Source of the DNA: Thermoplasmata archaeon
GTDB taxonomy: Archaea; Thermoplasmatota; Thermoplasmata; Lutacidiplasmatales; UBA184
DNA: 64,000 bases
Direction: 5' to 3'
Assembly (NCBI GenBank): GCA_052326305.1
Contig: JBKQPJ010000008.1
Coordinates: 28,498-92,497, forward strand
Positions 59,211 through 64,000 of this stretch are shown here, in pieces. Each line of letters begins with the position of its first letter. The first letter of the stretch is position 1. Under the pieces are notes generated by a model, which worked only from the letters and a program-made list of their open reading frames with translations, made no database searches and had not been told where the DNA came from. The position numbers and the translations under genes are program-made.

Positions 59211-59283
59211 ATCCTTCCTCCTAGGTACCTTGGCACGGCGGGGGCCGGATCCTTCCTCCTAGGTACCTTAGCGCGGTGGGGCC
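59208..59283 (+). repeat. 38-bp-period tandem duplication
   Basis: CGGATCCTTCCTCCTAGGTACCTT exact at 59208 and 59246. Confidence 0.85.
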
Positions 59284-59315
59284 ATCTTGATGGTGGGAGG
59301 GGCCTTCTGTTTCTC

Positions 59316-59588
59316 ATGCGACGCTCTTTCCGGTTCCTGCTTCCGTGTCTTCTGATCGTTGCGGGGGCGATCTTGATCGTCGGCGCACTGACCATTCGTC
59401 CTCCGCCCTGTCGCTGTAGCAGTGAATTCGGGTGCGATCCATGTACGGTCCCGGTCAACACAACTCCGTACGTACTGTTGGCGGGAGCGGCGTGCGCTAC
59501 CCTTGGAGGAGCATGGCTGGGATGGGGCCGACGTAGACATCGCCCTACTCGAGTTGCCCCGATGGGACAAACCCGTGGGCTGTCCTAG
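59316..59588 (+). CDS. Small two-TM protein with Cys-rich loop
   Basis: TM - PPPCRC....CDPC - TM; GGGAGG upstream. Confidence 0.6.
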   Translation: MRRSFRFLLPCLLIVAGAILIVGALTIRPPPCRCSSEFGCDPCTVPVNTTPYVLLAGAACATLGGAWLGWGRRRHRPTRVAPMGQTRGLS

Positions 59589-59649
59589 GAGCCCCAGGCG
59601 CAGAGATTTTAGTGACGGCGCCCTAACCCACGGGGGGATTTGGGAGCTG

Positions 59650-59814
59650 ATGCGGGACGAACTTGCATGGTTCGACTTCCCCCGAGCACGATGGTTCTTC
59701 GCTCTCTTCACGATCGCAGGCGGGGTACTGGTCGCCGCGTCGGTCCTCTCCTATCTGACACCCCCCTTTGCCCAGGCCACGAACTGCGGGATATGCCACC
59801 CCCCAGGGGGGTGG
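59650..59814 (+). pseudogene. Truncated small membrane protein resembling 59316-59588
   Basis: TM - PP..CGIC, then runs into a palindrome and the antisense hemerythrin gene. Confidence 0.4.
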
Positions 59815-60503
59815 GCCCGTTCCCGAACCGCGGCCCACCGGGTCGGGTCCACGCTCGCGGCCCCAACTCCCGTCACGAACTTGAGGAAATCCGGCGGTGC
59901 CCCGTGCTTCACTCCGGTCATCATTCCGGTGAGCTCGGATAGGTTGAGTGACGGCAGCATCCATCGCAAGTAACTCGCGAGCCTCTCCGGGGGCATCGCC
60001 CCCATGATCGCGCCCTGCATCGCCCGCATCTGGTCGTTGGTGAAGAGGTCCCTCATTCTGGGTACGATGGTGGCCTCTTCCTTGTTGATGTGGGCGAGAT
60101 AGAAGGCAAAGAACTCATTCGCCTCACGGGTGACGCGAGCTCCCAGCTCCATTCGTCGCTCCGGCACTTCGGTCCCCCCGAGTTCGTCGGCCATCCTCGT
60201 CAGGGCGACGAGTCTCCGCGTGATCTCGTTATGGTCCTCGAGGAGCTTGCGAATCAGTTCCGGTTCGAACGACTGCACGGAGGGGAATATGTGCGTGGCC
60301 TCGGCACCGGCGTGCTCGTGGAGAAGACAGACGACGCACGTGGCCGAGACCGCACGGGAGAACTCGTGCTGCAGGTCCGCGAGTACCGCGGCCGACGCGG
60401 CCTTGTCCGCAAAGTCCACGGCCAGAAGGCGGCCCCCGAGGCTGTAGATCATCGAGCGGAGCGCCTTGTGGATCGGCGTAAACAGGTCCTCGGTCGCTGT
60501 CAG
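59751..60503 (-). CDS. Hemerythrin-domain protein (probable CTG start; C-terminus possibly altered)
   Basis: DLFTPIHKALR, HEHA..E...IFP, EDH, H..KEE..I.P hemerythrin/HHE motifs. Confidence 0.8.
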   Translation of the reverse strand: MTATEDLFTPIHKALRSMIYSLGGRLLAVDFADKAASAAVLADLQHEFSRAVSATCVVCLLHEHAGAEATHIFPSVQSFEPELIRKLLEDHNEITRRLVALTRMADELGGTEVPERRMELGARVTREANEFFAFYLAHINKEEATIVPRMRDLFTNDQMRAMQGAIMGAMPPERLASYLRWMLPSLNLSELTGMMTGVKHGAPPDFLKFVTGVGAASVDPTRWAAVRERAHPPGGWHIPQFVAWAKGGVR

Positions 60504-60799
60504 TGGAAGCTCCCCCCGCCCCTAACTCGAGGTACGGCGGGGACTGTCGTTCGGCTACGTCGTCCACCCACCGCCGAAGGAAAAGGTCGCCTCAACCGGG
60601 TCGAATTCGGATGCGTTTCCGGGAGACGGTCACCGACCGGGCAGGTGGCGAAGATCCATCGCGTCGGCCTCTCGCCTACTGAGGCGTGGGGTCACGACCG
60701 CCGGAGGATTCGAACCTCGGCAGACGGATTCCCTTCTGTGGTCAGGGCTCCTGTACTTTTTGGAGGCGCGGTCCCTGACCCGTCAGGGGCCTTGGGTTC

Positions 60800-61192
60800 A
60801 TGACCGCGGGGATCACCGGGCTGTATGCGGTGTCGGTGCACGTTCGCGACATATCTCGCGCCCGATCCTTCTACGCCGATGTCCTTGGTTTCAAGGAGCT
60901 CAGCTTCGATCCGAAGGTCGGACGGGCCGTGTTCGCCTTGCCGGGAACTACTACTATCCTCCGGATGCACATCCAGGGGCCGGACGAAGGGGGACGAGAA
61001 CCCGGAACCGTGTCGGGCCTCATGTTTCGGCATCCCGACCCCGTCGCCGCGTGCGCGGAGATCAAACGTCGCGGTGGCACGGTGACGGACGAGGCCCGGC
61101 TCGTTGAGCTGCCCTCCGTCAAGTTCGTGCTCGGCGTGATTGCCGACCCGGACGGTAATGAGTTCGTGATCACGAACCGAACGGACCAGTAA
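60800..61192 (+). CDS. VOC (glyoxalase/bleomycin resistance) family protein
   Basis: V.V.D..RA..FY.DVLGF, DPDGNEF.I. Confidence 0.92.
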   Translation: MTAGITGLYAVSVHVRDISRARSFYADVLGFKELSFDPKVGRAVFALPGTTTILRMHIQGPDEGGREPGTVSGLMFRHPDPVAACAEIKRRGGTVTDEARLVELPSVKFVLGVIADPDGNEFVITNRTDQ

Positions 61193-61368
61193 TGAGGGGA
61201 CCCCCTCGCCGGACCCCGTCCGTAGCTCGTGGTCGCCTCGGTCGTCCCTCCTCCGGAATCGGGTAGGTCAACGAGCCGCTCCCCGGCCCTCACGTGGTGG
61301 CGGACCCCAAGGACGCCCCGCCGAGGGACATCGGCTCGCCAGCGAGCGCTCAGGTCGTCCGTCGAAAC

Positions 61369-61986
61369 CTACCCCGGGGTGTAGGTCGCAACCATGTTCG
61401 TTGAGTAGAAGTCATCGGACGTGCCGATCCCGACATACCCGAACACAGCGTACTTGTAGGTGCCGGCGCTGAGAACATGAAACACGTTTTCGACCGAGAC
61501 GGTCGGGGCAAACTCCTGAGTAGATTGGTTGGTATCGTAGAACCACTGGGACCCCCAGTAGGCCGCCGAGCAACCGTAGGCGGCGGTCGAATTGTCGACA
61601 AAGAGCTCGCCGCCGTCAATCGTTCCCGCGGTATGGAACACCACCAACTGGACCTGAGCGAGAACGACAATCGTTCCGCTGGCCGGGACAACGATGGATA
61701 CGTTGGCCCCGGCCCACGTGGCGCAGGTAGAACTTCCGTAATTGTAGAGCCCCGAGTAGTATTGGCTGGAGGCGGTCACCGAGGAGGCTGAGGCCGGGGC
61801 CGCGGCGCCGGCGGGGCCCGGAATCGCGAAGGCCAGAACGAGGGCAATCACTGCGATCGCAATCGCGGCGCCCGAAAGCACGGTCGAGAGCTGGGTCCCT
61901 CTCCCTGCTCGGCCAGGAGGAGAGGAGGCACCCACGTTGGAAGGGGCGGCAGAGTCCGGGGTGGCGGCGCTCGAGGTCGACTGCAT
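61369..61986 (-). CDS. Membrane-anchored surface protein, paralog of 57929-58537
   Basis: TM helix, PGPAG, IVVPASGTIVV...SAGTYKYAV...MVATYTPG. Confidence 0.75.
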   Translation of the reverse strand: MQSTSSAATPDSAAPSNVGASSPPGRAGRGTQLSTVLSGAAIAIAVIALVLAFAIPGPAGAAAPASASSVTASSQYYSGLYNYGSSTCATWAGANVSIVVPASGTIVVLAQVQLVVFHTAGTIDGGELFVDNSTAAYGCSAAYWGSQWFYDTNQSTQEFAPTVSVENVFHVLSAGTYKYAVFGYVGIGTSDDFYSTNMVATYTPG

Positions 61987-62376
61987 AGCCTCGGTGGCAG
62001 ACCCGACCCCTGTTAAAGGTTCCGTTCTGCGGGTCCTGGGAACAGCGACGTGCGCGGGCCCAGCCGTCCCGGGCCACGGGCGGATCAGCAGAGAGATCGG
62101 TCGATCCGCCTTGGGAGGTGTCTCGCGGGTGCGGTGGCTGGCAGGCGCCCCGGTCTTGGCCGATCCAACCCCTCGCTTGGGACGTCCTTCTCAGCCCATT
62201 CTGTCGGGGCCAGTTATCCAGATCCGAATAGGGATTCTTCTGTGAGGGCGTGATCGACCTTCGGGTCGGGTGTAGACAACCTGTGGATTGGCAAACACCC
62301 CGTTCACCGAATTTGGATCTGTAGCGGGCCGCGAAGGTCAATAGTCGGCGAGACTTCACATTAACGGGCGCGTTCG

Positions 62377-63165
62377 ATGGCCCACCACCGTCGGCCGACT
62401 TCGGCATCAATCGCGACGGGAGTTGTACTCGGGGTCGTGATGGCCCTTACCGGCCTTTCCGGGTCTTGGACACCATTCGAACACACGGTGTGCGGCCGCG
62501 AAGCTTTGCTCTCGCACGAGGACCGACGTTACATTCCTGCGTTCTTTCTGAATTCGCCATACGGTGGCCGAGCGTTCGGGCTGAGCCAGATTCCGTGGCC
62601 GATCCAGCCGGGCGTGACTATTGGTGTGGGCGGTCCAACCTCGAACGGAACCGTGATAACTGACTTTGTCGGGGGAGTCAACGTAAGTCTCTACCAGCTC
62701 CAGAATTTCACCAACTTGGGTCTCGGAATCAACGAACCTTGTCGTGCCTACTACGGTGTCGAGCTTCAGCTCCCTCATCTCAACCGGTCGATAGAAACCT
62801 GGATTCCGACCGCGTCAAATCTGACAGATGCTGGAGAAGTGGACAACTTCTCAATCCTCAGTACCCCCGATAACCAATCCACCGTCGCTTTCTTCAACAA
62901 CAGTTTCTCAGTCTGGAACGCCGACAGTGTCTCCACGTGTGGGGGAGTGGCGCAGACAATCCCGGTGAAGTCTAGCTCTCTGACGATCGGCATACCATTC
63001 ACCGTCGGAGGTCGGACCCTCACTATACCATACATACTGCCGTTCGCACAGAATTTCACATACCGCTTTCCCGCGAACTTTGGGAGCTGGGAGGTCGGTA
63101 ACCTATCCGAACCCGGGGGCCCCGGCGGAGGGTGGGCGTTCAACTTTCTTGGCGGATGCCCTTGA
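62377..63165 (+). CDS. Hypothetical secreted protein
   Basis: N-terminal hydrophobic segment, many N-x-S/T sequons, lower GC, ends GWAFNFLGGCP. Confidence 0.7.
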   Translation: MAHHRRPTSASIATGVVLGVVMALTGLSGSWTPFEHTVCGREALLSHEDRRYIPAFFLNSPYGGRAFGLSQIPWPIQPGVTIGVGGPTSNGTVITDFVGGVNVSLYQLQNFTNLGLGINEPCRAYYGVELQLPHLNRSIETWIPTASNLTDAGEVDNFSILSTPDNQSTVAFFNNSFSVWNADSVSTCGGVAQTIPVKSSSLTIGIPFTVGGRTLTIPYILPFAQNFTYRFPANFGSWEVGNLSEPGGPGGGWAFNFLGGCP

Positions 63166-63365
63166 CGAGAGAATAGCTCAGATGCTCTCTTCGGCCGAGC
63201 AACTTTCCGTGCCGTGAAATCAGCCTCCGGGCGGTCGGAAGGCTGGACTTTGCTGACGGAGAACGCGCACCTCCAAACATTCAACAGAAGCTGAACCTTC
63301 AAGGTCTTGTTCGAGAAGTGTCCGATCTCACCTGAACAAACGTCGCCCCACGGTTAGCCTAGGGG

Positions 63366-63420
63366 TGGGTTCTCTAACGGTGCGGCACACCGGCGTTCTC
63401 GCGAAACGCGTCCGGATTGC
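63366..63420 (+). repeat. Right-arm repeat copy 2
   Basis: 47/55 identity to 57347-57401. Confidence 0.8.
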
Positions 63421-63508
63421 TGCCCTTCCTTGGGCAGGCAGGATGCGTCACTCGCGCGCACCGGCTCCGCGGTCCCGGTAAGAAGTCTCGGTCGACCTCG
63501 GAGTGCGG

Positions 63509-64000
63509 TCAGCAGGCGGCGCGCTCGAACGCCAGGAGCGACGTGGTCGTTGGGTTGCCTACGGTTGGCAGCGGCCCGGGAACCACCTCGCTAATATTCC
63601 AGACCCAACCTGGAGGCAGCGAGTACATCGCGGGCAGGATACCGTAGGGACCAGGTCCGCTCCACTCGGTGTACCCCGAGGATCGAATCGGTCCGATGGG
63701 GAGATGCATACTGACCACAATCTGGTACTTCGCCACTGCCGGGAGCGTGATGCTGAGGGGATCCGGGAACAAGGGTCCGCAGAGCCGGATTGACTCCGAC
63801 ACCGTGCCGGTGGAGGCGTTGCCGGTATGAAAGCTTGTATCGAACCACAACGCAGCCCCCGGGGTTGAAGTCTCCGTCGGGGTGCATGTCTGCGGAGGAA
63901 CCTCGTGGAGTTCCACAGCGTCACTTGAGTTGTCGGGTAACGGCAGAATCGTCGTCAAGTTCCCGCTCGCGCCGCAGGTTAGGCCCCCGACTTCTTCCGC
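63509..64000 (-). CDS. Hypothetical secreted protein, 5'-partial; probably same family as 62377-63165
   Basis: Frame open to the window end; F.T.F.....CG....Y.LP.G..W....AF...C resembles the C-terminal half of 62377-63165. Confidence 0.6.
   Translation of the reverse strand, partial: AEEVGGLTCGASGNLTTILPLPDNSSDAVELHEVPPQTCTPTETSTPGAALWFDTSFHTGNASTGTVSESIRLCGPLFPDPLSITLPAVAKYQIVVSMHLPIGPIRSSGYTEWSGPGPYGILPAMYSLPPGWVWNISEVVPGPLPTVGNPTTTSLLAFERAAC

Larger units (their letters stand above)
54714..64000. mobile_element. tRNA-Glu-anchored accessory region / genomic island (continues past the window)
   Basis: Visible GC drop, accessory and secreted genes, duplicated tRNA 3' end at 59101-59115, repeated arms; no integrase in the window. 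Confidence 0.6.

Noticed and set aside
60696..60720. tRNA T-arm-like GAGGTTCGAATCCTC on the minus strand
   Set aside because: No acceptor, D or anticodon arm can be built; at most a fragment.
57347..63420. Classical integron attC sites (TAAC in the right-arm repeat)
   Set aside because: No RYYYAAC...GTTRRRY pairing or attC-type hairpin found; cargo orientation is mixed; no intI.

Overview
High-GC archaeal chromosome segment; the gene set fits Euryarchaeota, most likely Thermoplasmata (inference). Bases 0.4-24 kb are mostly core genes: pfdA, ftsY, trmJ, rpl15e, TOPRIM, GINS, PAC2, a KaiC/RAD55 trio plus a HerA-like ATPase, DRG, fibrillarin-Nop5, purF, rpl1-10-12, rpl44e-rps27e-eIF2a-nop10, trm56, mvk, ychF and pduO. 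At 24.05-28.59 kb two transposase-less cargo cassettes lie in tandem. Each is bounded by 23-bp terminal inverted repeats, and three direct copies of a 14-bp palindromic target (TTTCGTYARACGAA) flank and separate them, a casposon-like TSD-TIR-cargo-TIR-TSD layout. Bases 29-54 kb include an M13 peptidase, a GvpD/KaiC-like protein, a SelO-like kinase-fold operon, a 1738-aa IleRS paralog lacking HIGH/KMSKS and fused to HhH and DUF835, eIF5A, and a 1497-aa helical-repeat protein. A tRNA-Glu(CTC) with a non-canonical T-loop intron (59/60) borders a lower-GC accessory region (54.7-64 kb) with a duplicated tRNA 3' end and recurring arm sequences but no integrase in the window. All calls come from reading motifs by eye; no database searches were run.
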